NCBI GenBank assembly: GCA_963636275.1
Contig: CAVHJF010000004.1
Span: 31,802 to 95,801 of the forward strand
Length of the DNA: 64,000 nt
Origin: Acutalibacteraceae bacterium
Lineage (GTDB): Bacteria > Bacteroidota > Bacteroidia > Bacteroidales > UBA932
Direction: 5' to 3'
The notes under the pieces: model-generated
Database searches by the model: none
Told to the model about the DNA's origin: nothing
What the model saw: only the letters and a program-made list of their open reading frames with translations
Part shown: one piece after another, positions 10,026-19,491 of the stretch
Layout: every line of letters starts with the position of its first letter
Numbering within the stretch: position 1 is the stretch's first letter
Made by a program: the position numbers and the translations under genes

Positions 10026-11258
10026 ATGATGACGTTCAGATTATTAGAGTTCCTCACGTACTTGTGTTGTGGGCTATCTTGTCTTATACTCGGAATAGTA
10101 CTTCTAGGTGTTAGAAACAATTATTCCGGAGAGGGACGTGCTTTTCTGAATGTGAAACGCAATGTGGCATATGCTACATTTCTCGATGTATTCAATGCTA
10201 TTGTTGTCATAATGCTCCAGTACTGGAAGGCTGATTATCTACTGGTTTATTATTTTCAGGCTCCTTTGCTGTTCTTCTTCCAGATGTTTATGGCAACTTT
10301 GGCCGCTCTGGAGCTTTTCAGATGCCCGGAAATCAAGAAGAGAACCGTTTATTCGCTACTAGTACCGGTCTGCACTTTGGGACTCATTCATTATGTCGCA
10401 TTCTTTGTCGAGTACGGACTTGTTTTCGATGTGGAAGCTTACTATGAATATGTACAGACGCCATTTGCAAGGACCGTTCAGCTTCTGCTGTATGCTTTCA
10501 TACTCATTGAAATATTGTGTCTAGGCGGACTGCTCACGAAATCAGTAGTGCAGTACAACAAGAAACTCGAGAGTTATTTTACCGGCAATACCTTGATGTC
10601 AGGAAAAAGACTGACTTCGTGGCTTTGGGGGTATTTCCTGTATGCCATATTGTCGATTGCTCAACTTGTCTGCTTTGATGAGTATTGGATGGTCGCGCTT
10701 ATGATCATCTGCAACATTCTTTATATCCCGTTTGTCATATCACTGATAAATCTATATCGTCTTTTTGATAAACTGTCGCCGGCGTTTACATATATGGATT
10801 CGGTTGATTTCCATAAAACAGTGCCGTATGGCCGCGTTTCGGCGATTCCAGTGTCTGATGATGATCAGTATGACGTATATAACATTGTTGCGACATCGGA
10901 AAAGAATTCTGAGGGAGAGCGCCAGATTTCAATAGATTCTATTGTTACGGAATGGAAGAACCGTCCTCAGAGACAGTATCTTGAGGAGGGAATCACGATT
11001 GCTGATGTCGCCAAGTCAATGGGAGTCAGCCCGCGTCTGTTGTCTGATTTCCTGAACAATGTCTATGATATGAATTTCAATTCGTGGATTAACTCGTTGC
11101 GTATCAGTGATGTTCAGGCCAAGATGCTGGCAGAGCCGAGGTTGACTCTTGCCGAGTTGGCTGATTATTCCGGTTTTACCGATGCTTCCGCCCTGTCCAA
11201 AGCGTTCAAGAAAGTGACCGGGCATACACCTTCTAATTTCCGTAAGAAAAATTCATAA
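10026..11258 (+). CDS. Membrane-anchored AraC-family transcriptional regulator
   Basis: About 7 hydrophobic helices then C-terminal AraC HTH (ITIADVAK...NFNSWINSLRI...SGF.D...KAFKKVTGHTPSNFR). Confidence 0.9.
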   Translation: MMTFRLLEFLTYLCCGLSCLILGIVLLGVRNNYSGEGRAFLNVKRNVAYATFLDVFNAIVVIMLQYWKADYLLVYYFQAPLLFFFQMFMATLAALELFRCPEIKKRTVYSLLVPVCTLGLIHYVAFFVEYGLVFDVEAYYEYVQTPFARTVQLLLYAFILIEILCLGGLLTKSVVQYNKKLESYFTGNTLMSGKRLTSWLWGYFLYAILSIAQLVCFDEYWMVALMIICNILYIPFVISLINLYRLFDKLSPAFTYMDSVDFHKTVPYGRVSAIPVSDDDQYDVYNIVATSEKNSEGERQISIDSIVTEWKNRPQRQYLEEGITIADVAKSMGVSPRLLSDFLNNVYDMNFNSWINSLRISDVQAKMLAEPRLTLAELADYSGFTDASALSKAFKKVTGHTPSNFRKKNS

Positions 11259-11374
11259 AGCGGCTGACTATCGTACAGCATATTTTTTACAAATGTGGTT
11301 GCTTTATGCTGTGCTGTCATTACGTTTCATCGAAGATTTACTTCAGATGTACCATAAAATCCTGCAAAATCGCG

Positions 11375-11393
11375 TTTTTTTTCGGGGGGGGGG
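11375..11393 (+). repeat. Homopolymer tract T8-C-G10
   Basis: Directly visible: TTTTTTTT C GGGGGGGGGG. Confidence 0.9.
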
Positions 11394-11540
11394 TAAGTGT
11401 TTGTAAATCAGCGTGTTGGGCTGATTTTGGTAAATTTTTGACCGGGATTTTACAAAAGTTTTCAACTGACTTTTCTTGAATCTGTAAATTTTAGCCGACT
11501 ATCTACAACGCAAAAATCAATTCCAGATTGTTACTTTGCA

Positions 11541-11726
11541 ACAGTTCCGAGAGGAAGCGTCATAATAACTGTACGTGTGAATTAAAAAGGCTTGAGATAA
11601 GCCGACTCTATTAAAAACTGATATGATGTGGGTATCGCTGTTGAAAGACAGTCGCCCGAATAAATGAGGAAGGTTGAATACACTGTTCAGCCTTCCTCAG
11701 TTTGTTTCGGGTTGCCTATTCGGGAC
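11541..11726 (+). ncRNA. Candidate structured RNA / riboswitch-like leader upstream of TonB-dependent receptor
   Basis: Follows -7-like TTACTTTG (11531-11538); hairpins TTCC-GAGA-GGAA, GGCTT..AAGCC, CTGTT-GAAA-GACAG; 16-bp stem 11665-11699 with U-rich tail. Confidence 0.55.
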
Positions 11727-11775
11727 AGAATGATTATTTTTGCCGGCGTATTACTCTAAAATATGTAATTATCTC

Positions 11776-13803
11776 ATGAAACGAACAAGGAACTGCCGTG
11801 TGGCAGCTGTCCTATTTTTGATGTCATTCCTTGTAAAGCCGGCATTCGCCGCAGATGACATCGATTCTCGGAAAAATTTATCTTATTCTCTTGATTCCGT
11901 ATCAGTTACCGGCAGCAGAGTACCTATTTCACTGGGCAAAAGCGCTCGTATCGTGACATTGCTTGACAGTTCTGTCGTGGCATCTCTGCCTGTCGAAAGC
12001 GTTAACGACATACTCAAATATGTGGCAGGAGTCGATGTGCGTCAGAGAGGCGATATGGGTGCGCAGACGGATATTTCGATGCGTGGAGGAACAAGTGACC
12101 AGATTGCAGTTTTTCTCAATGGAATAAATATCTGCGACCCGCAGACAGGTCATAATACAGTCGATTTTCCTGTGGATATCAATGATATAGATCATATTGA
12201 AGTGCTTTCCGGTCCTGCCGGCGTGACCTACGGTTCGTCTTCATTAGTCGGTGCAATCAACATCGTCACCAAAAAATCCAAAGGAAATGAAGTGTCAGCC
12301 CACGTGGAAGGCGGTTCTTACGGCTTTTTCAACGGGGGAGCAAGAGTCGGCTTCTCGCATAAGAATTTCTCCTCGCAGTTGTCTGCCGGTTATCTCCGCT
12401 CGGACGGATACAGCAGAAATTCGGAAGGCGGACTCAACAGCGATTACGAAACGCTAAAGGCTTTCTGGCAAGGTACATATACCTCCAGTGTCGCGGACAT
12501 AAGCTGGCACGCCGGAGTCAGCTCCAGAGATTTCGGCTCGAATACATTCTACAGCGCTAAATTCGATGACCAGTTCGAGCATACGCTCAAGACATTTGCG
12601 GCAGTGCAGGCTCAGACACACGGTTTTATAAAATTTCGTCCGGCAGTCTATTGGAACCGCGGAGAAGACAGGTTTGAACTTGTGCGCGGAAAACCGGACA
12701 AAGTTGCTTATAATCACCACCGTACGAGCGTCTGGGGCGTCAATCTCAACAGCTGGATAGAGACCGTAATCGGCAAGACTGCATTCGGTGCTGAGATGCG
12801 CAATGAAGATATTATCAGTACAAATCTTGGCGAGGCTCTCTCCAATCCTAAGAAAATTCACGGAAAGAGCGCTGGAGAATATGTTAAAGGCTTGAACCGC
12901 ACCAATATAAGCATCTTCCTGGAACATTCTGTCGATATAAAGAATCTGTCTGCTAACGTCGGTGTGGCTGCAGTGAAGAATACCGGTAATGAGGATGATT
13001 TCAAGTTGTATCCGGGTGCGAACGTAAGTTATCGCTTCCTCGGTGATTGGAAGGTTTATGCTTCATATAATTCCTCGCTCAGAATGCCGACTTTCACGGA
13101 ACTTTATTACTCTGTCGGCGGACATTCGGCGGACAAGAATCTAAAAGCTGAAAGAATGCAGTCAGTAGAAGGAGGATTGAAATTTTCCCGTCCGTGGATA
13201 AATGCTGTCGCTACTGTATATTACAATATGGGAAGCGATATGATTGACTGGACCAAGGACCTTTCCGAGGGAGATGATGCCCAGTGGAAATCCTGCAACT
13301 ATGCGAAAATCAATACTTTCGGTCAGGAATTTTCGGTGCGCCTGGATTTCCCTTCAATGCTGGTAAGGGATGATTTCTTCCTGAGGACCCTGGATATGTC
13401 ATACAGCCACATCTCCCAGGACAAGAAGACGGAGCCGGGAATCCAGTCGAAATATGCCCTTGAATATCTGAAACATAAGGTTGTGGTGAAAGCTGACTTC
13501 CATATATGGAAAGGCCTTTGCGCGAATGCTTCGTGGCGTTGGCAGGAAAGGGTAGGCAATTACGAGAAGTTCGAGAACAAGGTCTCTTTGGGAACAGTCG
13601 CTTATCGTCCGTATTCTCTCGTGGATGCGAGACTTTCCTGGACAGACAAGTTTAGAAATACAGGAAAAACGGCGTTGTCATACAGCGTGTATGCAGAGGT
13701 TAACAATATGCTCAATCATACATATTACGATTATGGCAATGTCCCTCAGCCGGGCATTACGGCGAAAGCCGGCCTGATAGTAAATGTCGGGATAAAACAT
13801 TGA
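11776..13803 (+). CDS. TonB-dependent outer membrane receptor (BtuB-like size, substrate unknown)
   Basis: Signal peptide, LDSVSVTG TonB-box-like, plug motifs (GVDVRQRG, IDHIEVLSGP..YGS...GAINIVT), barrel with NMLN..Y near C-terminus. Confidence 0.9.
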   Translation: MKRTRNCRVAAVLFLMSFLVKPAFAADDIDSRKNLSYSLDSVSVTGSRVPISLGKSARIVTLLDSSVVASLPVESVNDILKYVAGVDVRQRGDMGAQTDISMRGGTSDQIAVFLNGINICDPQTGHNTVDFPVDINDIDHIEVLSGPAGVTYGSSSLVGAINIVTKKSKGNEVSAHVEGGSYGFFNGGARVGFSHKNFSSQLSAGYLRSDGYSRNSEGGLNSDYETLKAFWQGTYTSSVADISWHAGVSSRDFGSNTFYSAKFDDQFEHTLKTFAAVQAQTHGFIKFRPAVYWNRGEDRFELVRGKPDKVAYNHHRTSVWGVNLNSWIETVIGKTAFGAEMRNEDIISTNLGEALSNPKKIHGKSAGEYVKGLNRTNISIFLEHSVDIKNLSANVGVAAVKNTGNEDDFKLYPGANVSYRFLGDWKVYASYNSSLRMPTFTELYYSVGGHSADKNLKAERMQSVEGGLKFSRPWINAVATVYYNMGSDMIDWTKDLSEGDDAQWKSCNYAKINTFGQEFSVRLDFPSMLVRDDFFLRTLDMSYSHISQDKKTEPGIQSKYALEYLKHKVVVKADFHIWKGLCANASWRWQERVGNYEKFENKVSLGTVAYRPYSLVDARLSWTDKFRNTGKTALSYSVYAEVNNMLNHTYYDYGNVPQPGITAKAGLIVNVGIKH

Positions 13804-13804
13804 T

Positions 13805-14755
13805 ATGCAAACTGTTGATATAGAAGAAAAAGAGTTTATGATACCTTCTCCGGCGGGAGAAATATTTGCGGTCTTCAGCCCCGGAAAATCTGAGACTGCG
13901 GAGGTGTCCGGTGTGGATGAAAGCAGGAAGCCTCTGGTGGTTCTCTGCCACGGTCTGATGATGAACTGTGAGCAGAATCCCATTATGGGCGTATCGAAAA
14001 TCTTTAATGATGCGGGATATGATACGCTCAGGTTTGATTTTCGGGGAAGCGGAAAAAGTAGCGGGCTCATTACCGAAATGACGCCGCTTACAGAGGTGGA
14101 CGATTTGCTTTCTGTAATTTCGTTTGTCCGGGCGAAAGGGCGTCGTGTGGTCTTGTGCGGACATTCTCTGGGCGGCCTGGTTTCTTTGATAACTGCGTCA
14201 AAGTTGGCAGACTCGGCAGTAGCCGTAGCCGCATCCGTAGATTCGAATCTTGGTGCTCATCCGACTGAGGACAAGTGGGCTTTATCAGTTGAGGTGAAAT
14301 CCGTTAAGGCAGTTTCGGATTTGAATGGGCAGATTGCCGTTGATTCAGATAGTCTAAATGTGGTAGATGCTTTGGTGCTGTTGGCTCCTGCGGTCAATAT
14401 CGAGACGGATTCAAGAAACGGCCGTGTAGCAGACGTTCATTTTGATCCGGTGAATATCCCTGATGAAGTGGAGGTCTGGGGCTCGAAGCTCTCAAAACAG
14501 TATTTTGTCACGGCGCAGAATCTGAATACGTTTGAGGTGATTTCTCATTATAAAGGTCCTGTCTGCATTATGATGGGCGACAGGGATCGGATTGTAGAAC
14601 TTAATCTCTCCGGACGTATTCTTGAGGCGTTGCCTCAGGCGGAATTGCACACGCTGGAGCACGGAGACCATCTCTTCTCCAGAGGCGTTCGTCTCCGCGC
14701 CGGCGTGATTGCTGTGGATTTTTGTAAGAGATTGGGTTATCTCCAATACTCGTAG
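13805..14755 (+). CDS. Alpha/beta-fold hydrolase (esterase-like)
   Basis: LCHGL, RFDFRGSGKS, GHSLGG nucleophile elbow, GDRD, GDHLF. Confidence 0.85.
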   Translation: MQTVDIEEKEFMIPSPAGEIFAVFSPGKSETAEVSGVDESRKPLVVLCHGLMMNCEQNPIMGVSKIFNDAGYDTLRFDFRGSGKSSGLITEMTPLTEVDDLLSVISFVRAKGRRVVLCGHSLGGLVSLITASKLADSAVAVAASVDSNLGAHPTEDKWALSVEVKSVKAVSDLNGQIAVDSDSLNVVDALVLLAPAVNIETDSRNGRVADVHFDPVNIPDEVEVWGSKLSKQYFVTAQNLNTFEVISHYKGPVCIMMGDRDRIVELNLSGRILEALPQAELHTLEHGDHLFSRGVRLRAGVIAVDFCKRLGYLQYS

Positions 14756-16104
14756 AATAACGCGATGGATTCGATTCCGGCGTAGAACTGTCGCAGCAGA
14801 TAACTCTCGTTAGGGGAGTGGATGGTGTCGCGTTCCAGACCGAAACCCATCAGGAGTGGGTCAGCGCCGAGAATATTCCTCATATCCGCAAGTACGCAGA
14901 TACTTCCGCCACCACGGCTTGGCACCGGTTCAGTACCATATACCTCAGCCATTGCTCTGGACGCCGCCTTGTATGCAGATGATGTTATCGGGATAAGAAA
15001 TCCGTTGCCAGCCTCCATCTTGTCCACAGTCACGTGGACGTATGGTGGAGCGATAGACAGAATATGATTTGCCGCCAGTTCAATAATCTTGTCGGCGTTC
15101 TGATTAGGTACGATTCGCATTGAGATTTTTGCGTGGGCTTCGGACGGAAGCACAGTCTTGCTGCCTGCTCCGGTATATCCTCCCCAGATTCCGCACACAT
15201 CCAGACAAGGCCGTATGGCAGTCCTTTCCAGAGTCGTGAATCCCTTTTCTCCCTTTACTTCATCGATTCCGATGCTTTGTTTATATTCTTCCAGATCGAA
15301 CGGAGCCTTTGCCAATTCGGCTCTGTCTTCTGTGGAAACCTCCACCACATCATCATAGAAGCCAGGAATCGTCACCCTGCCGTCCTCATCAATCAATGAC
15401 GATATCATATCGCACAATGTGTTGATAGGATTGGCAACCGCTCCGCCGTAATGTCCGGAATGCAAGTCCTTGTCCGGACCTTTCACATTGACCTGCAGAT
15501 AGGTGACACCGCGCATTCCGCAATTGATGGACGGTACTTTGTCTGAAATCATAGTCGTATCGGATACGAGGATGACATCGCATTTGAGCAGTTCCTTGTT
15601 CTTTTCAACCCATTCCGGAAGGCTTGCGCTGCCGATTTCCTCCTCACCTTCGAATATGAATTTGACATTGTGGCTAAGCAGACCCTTTCTCACGAGATAC
15701 TCGAACGCCTTGACGTGCATAAATGTCTGTCCCTTATCGTCATTGGCTCCGCGGCCCCAGATTGCCCCGTCGTGAATCTCCGGCTCGAACGGATCTGAAT
15801 TCCATTTTTCAAGTGGTTCTGCCGGCTGTACGTCATAATGCCCGTACACGAGCACTGTCTTGAACTCCGGATTTATGATTTTCTGTCCGAACACAACAGG
15901 ATTGCCTTTTGTCTTGAACACTCCGGCCTCATCTGCGCCCGCTTCCTTGAGCAGCTCCGCGTATCTCTCTGCGCATCGCTGCATATCAGCCTTGTTCTCC
16001 GGTTTGGCGCTCACGGACGGTATGCGCATAAGTGAGAATAATTCGCTGAAGAAACGTTCCTTGTTGTCTTCAATGTATTGCTTGATGTCGTTCCTGTTGT
16101 CCAT
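14737..16104 (-). CDS. M20-family dipeptidase (ArgE/DapE-like)
   Basis: YGHYDVQP, GRGANDDKGQ, EGEEEIGS, DLHSG, IHSPNE. Confidence 0.92.
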   Translation of the reverse strand: MDNRNDIKQYIEDNKERFFSELFSLMRIPSVSAKPENKADMQRCAERYAELLKEAGADEAGVFKTKGNPVVFGQKIINPEFKTVLVYGHYDVQPAEPLEKWNSDPFEPEIHDGAIWGRGANDDKGQTFMHVKAFEYLVRKGLLSHNVKFIFEGEEEIGSASLPEWVEKNKELLKCDVILVSDTTMISDKVPSINCGMRGVTYLQVNVKGPDKDLHSGHYGGAVANPINTLCDMISSLIDEDGRVTIPGFYDDVVEVSTEDRAELAKAPFDLEEYKQSIGIDEVKGEKGFTTLERTAIRPCLDVCGIWGGYTGAGSKTVLPSEAHAKISMRIVPNQNADKIIELAANHILSIAPPYVHVTVDKMEAGNGFLIPITSSAYKAASRAMAEVYGTEPVPSRGGGSICVLADMRNILGADPLLMGFGLERDTIHSPNESYLLRQFYAGIESIALFYEYWR

Positions 16105-16437
16105 ATTCAATGTGTTTTAATATATGTTGTCTAGAGATGGTGAATTTGCGCTCACGCATTCTTTCAAAGATAGTGGTTTTTACTGCTTTCACAAAGCCCG
16201 TGCGCTGATGTTTCGTGAAAATGAGAGTCTTTCATAAATTAAGATTTTTCATTTCGATACGAAAGCGGAAAAACTTTTATTGCGAAATATTAATTCCCGG
16301 ATAAATCATTTTACGACTAATTATGTTCAAAATATCGCTAATAATGTTCTTTCGTTTGAAAGGTTATAAAATCATTGGAGAATAGGCTTGAATTTTGTAT
16401 TTTTGCTACACTTTGGAATAAAACGATTAAACTATAT

Positions 16438-17052
16438 ATGGAGAACAAACTACAGGAATTGACGGACAAACTTTACAACGAAGGTCTGTCAAAAGGTAAG
16501 ACCGAAGGGGAAGCTTTTCTTGCAAAAGCACGCGAAGAGGCTGCATCGATAGTTGCCGCTGCTGAGAAGGAAGCCGCCGAGATTAAGGCGAGGGCTGAAA
16601 AAGAGGCTGCCGACTATAAGACAAAGGTTTCAGGCGATCTTAAAATGGCTGCGGCGCAGAGCATACAGGCTACAAGAAAAGATATAGAGAATCTTATTGT
16701 CTTCAAGGCTTCGGAGCCAGCTGTGGAAAAGGCTCTTTCTGATGAGGCATTCGTGAAGGAGATTATCAAGTCTGTAGCCGAGAAATTCAGTGCGGAAGAG
16801 GCTGTTGACCTCAATCTGGTGCTTCCTGAGTCGCTCAAGTCTGCCCTTGAACCATTCGTTAAAGGCGAGTTGGCATCCATTCTCAAAGGCGGTGTCAATG
16901 CAGAATTCTCCAAGAAAATCTCAGGAGGATTCAAAATCGGACCAAAAGACGGAAGTTATTTCATAAGCTTTACTGACGAGACATTCAAAGAACTTATCAG
17001 TGAATATCTGCGCCCTGCTACGCGAAAATTGCTCTTCGGAGACGGCGAATAA
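16438..17052 (+). CDS. ntpE: V/A-type ATPase subunit E
   Basis: MENKLQELTDKLYNEG coiled coil; first gene of the V-ATPase operon; TATTTTTG -7 element at 16398. Confidence 0.85.
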   Translation: MENKLQELTDKLYNEGLSKGKTEGEAFLAKAREEAASIVAAAEKEAAEIKARAEKEAADYKTKVSGDLKMAAAQSIQATRKDIENLIVFKASEPAVEKALSDEAFVKEIIKSVAEKFSAEEAVDLNLVLPESLKSALEPFVKGELASILKGGVNAEFSKKISGGFKIGPKDGSYFISFTDETFKELISEYLRPATRKLLFGDGE

Positions 17053-17092
17053 GTTTAATACACACAACAAGTTAGATGCTTGAATAACTTAA

Positions 17093-17710
17093 ATGAGCAG
17101 AAATTACGAGTACATAATAGCAGGTCTTCCGGATATAAGTCCCGATTGGAGAGGCGCTGACGCCGATACGGTCGACTCGATTATCCAGGATATCAGAGAA
17201 CAGTGCAGTGCTGCGGACAACAAATTGATTGACATTCTCTTGGATGGATATCAGGACGATAAACTGAATCAGGAATTCTATGAGAATGCGCTCAAACTCA
17301 AGAATAAATTTCTCCGCGGATATTTCCGTTTCGATCTTGAGATGCGCAATGCCAAGGTGCACTATCTGAACAAGGCGTTGGGGCGTCCTGCGGATACCGA
17401 TATCTTTATGGAGTTGGAAGATGATTCTGACGAGACTCAGAAACTTCTCGATGCTGTCTTGAATACCGATGATATACTTCAGAGAGAACGAGGCCTGGAT
17501 GATTTGATGTGGGCCAAAATCGATGCTCTCTGTACTTTCCATTATTTTGATATGGATGTGATTCTGGGCTTCATCGCCAAGTTGCATATCGTGTCAAGAT
17601 GGCTCAAGCTCGATCCTGAGTCAGGAAAAGCTATGTTTGCACGTCTGGTAAACGAGGTGAAAGGCTCATATACCGGAATACGCGAGGCGGCGGACAAGGC
17701 TGTCAGTTAA
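17093..17710 (+). CDS. V-type ATPase subunit C-like protein (DUF2764)
   Basis: YEYIIAGLPD N-terminus, position between E and A. Confidence 0.8.
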   Translation: MSRNYEYIIAGLPDISPDWRGADADTVDSIIQDIREQCSAADNKLIDILLDGYQDDKLNQEFYENALKLKNKFLRGYFRFDLEMRNAKVHYLNKALGRPADTDIFMELEDDSDETQKLLDAVLNTDDILQRERGLDDLMWAKIDALCTFHYFDMDVILGFIAKLHIVSRWLKLDPESGKAMFARLVNEVKGSYTGIREAADKAVS

Positions 17711-17736
17711 TGTTGAATATTAAAAAATTACTATAG

Positions 17737-19491
17737 ATGAAAACAAAAGGAAAGGTAACGGGCATAGTCTCAAACCTTGTCACAGTTGAGGTTGACGGAC
17801 CTGTGGCTGAGAATGAGCTTTGCTATATTACCCTGGGAGAAACAAAGTTGCTTGCCGAGGTCATCAAGGTCAAGGGCAAGAATGTTTCCGTCCAGGTTTT
17901 CGAGAGTACGCGAGGCCTGAAAAATGGTGACTCAGTTGAATTTGAGGGGCGAATGCTCGAGATTTCTTTGGGACCGGGACTGCTTTCTAGTGTCTATGAT
18001 GGTCTTCAGAATAACCTCGCGACAATGGAGAGCGTATTCCTGAAACGCGGTGAATATACAGAACCGCTGGACCATACCAAGCTTTGGGACTTCACTCCAC
18101 TGGCAAAGCCGGGAGACAGTGTAGTTGCGGCTGATTGGCTCGGCGAAGTCAAGGAAGGATGGCTTCCTCACAAGATTATGGTTCCGTTTGCGCTGAAAGG
18201 AACATTTACTGTCAAGAGTATAGTGCCTGCAGGTCAGTACAATATAGACCATACTGTGGCTGTGCTTACGGATGAAAACGGCGAGGACGTCCCGGTCTCC
18301 ATGGTTCAGAAATGGCCGGTGAAAGTGGCTGTCAAGTCATACAAAGAGAAACCGCGTCCGGACAAGATTATGGAGACGGGTGTCAGAGTAATCGACACTT
18401 TGAATCCTATCGCTGAAGGCGGTACGGGATTTATTCCTGGACCATTCGGCTGTGGTAAGACAGTGCTTCAGCACGCGATTGCAAAGCAGGGAGATGCGGA
18501 CGTGATTGTTATGGCTGCCTGCGGTGAGCGTGCAAATGAGGTCGTGGAAATCTTCACTGAATTCCCTGAACTGATTGACCCGCATACCGGACGTCATCTG
18601 ATGGAGCGTACTACCATTATATGTAATACTTCCAATATGCCTGTGGCTGCCCGTGAGGCATCCGTTTACACGGCGATGACAATATGCGAGTATTACCGCG
18701 CAATGGGACTCAAATGTCTGTTGCTTGCCGATTCGACATCGCGTTGGGCTCAGGCTTTGAGGGAAATGAGTAACCGTATGGAGGAGCTCCCTGGAGCGGA
18801 TGCGTTCCCTGTTGACCTTTCGGCGATCATTTCCAACTTCTATGCGCGTGCAGGAATGGTTGTGCTGAACAATGGCAAGACCGGTGCTGTTACATTCATC
18901 GGAACAGTATCTCCTGCGGGCGGTAACCTCAAGGAGCCTGTAACTGAGTCAACCAAGAAGGCTGCAAGATGTTTCTACGCATTGGAGCAGAGCCGTGCCG
19001 ATCAGAAGAGATACCCGTCTGTCAATCCGATTGACTCATATTCTAAATATCTGGAATATCCGGAAATTAGCGAATTCCTTGACAATAAGATGGAAAAAGG
19101 CTGGGTGGAGAAAGTCACCAAGGCCAAGAATATCATCCGTCAGGGACGTGAAGCGTCAGAGCAGATTAACATTCTCGGTGATGACGGCGTTCCGATGAGT
19201 TATCACGAAACATTCTGGAAATCAGAACTTTTGGACTTCGTATTCCTGCAGCAGGACGCATTTGATGCAGTCGATGCACTCTGTCCTCTTGAGCGCCAGA
19301 AATATATGTTGAATCTCATCCTCGATATCTGCGAAAGAAAATTCAAGTTCGATGACTTCGAGCAGTGCCGCAATTTCTTCAAAGAAATGATAAATATTAT
19401 GAGGCAGATGAACTACTCTGAGTTCAACAGCGAGGCATTCGAGAATTATAAAGCAAAACTTTCAAAACTTCTGGAAGATAATGGCAAATAA
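17737..19491 (+). CDS. ntpA: V/A-type ATPase subunit A
   Basis: P-loop GPFGCGKT, CGERANE, ADSTSRWAQALRE. Confidence 0.95.
   Translation: MKTKGKVTGIVSNLVTVEVDGPVAENELCYITLGETKLLAEVIKVKGKNVSVQVFESTRGLKNGDSVEFEGRMLEISLGPGLLSSVYDGLQNNLATMESVFLKRGEYTEPLDHTKLWDFTPLAKPGDSVVAADWLGEVKEGWLPHKIMVPFALKGTFTVKSIVPAGQYNIDHTVAVLTDENGEDVPVSMVQKWPVKVAVKSYKEKPRPDKIMETGVRVIDTLNPIAEGGTGFIPGPFGCGKTVLQHAIAKQGDADVIVMAACGERANEVVEIFTEFPELIDPHTGRHLMERTTIICNTSNMPVAAREASVYTAMTICEYYRAMGLKCLLLADSTSRWAQALREMSNRMEELPGADAFPVDLSAIISNFYARAGMVVLNNGKTGAVTFIGTVSPAGGNLKEPVTESTKKAARCFYALEQSRADQKRYPSVNPIDSYSKYLEYPEISEFLDNKMEKGWVEKVTKAKNIIRQGREASEQINILGDDGVPMSYHETFWKSELLDFVFLQQDAFDAVDALCPLERQKYMLNLILDICERKFKFDDFEQCRNFFKEMINIMRQMNYSEFNSEAFENYKAKLSKLLEDNGK

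Noticed and set aside
11541..11726. Cobalamin riboswitch call (suggested by BtuB-like neighbour)
   Set aside because: Could not find the GGGAA/B12-box or GCCACTG consensus; kept as an unidentified structured RNA
14737..14755. 19-bp 3' overlap of convergent hydrolase and peptidase genes
   Set aside because: Short convergent overlaps are common and imply no special function
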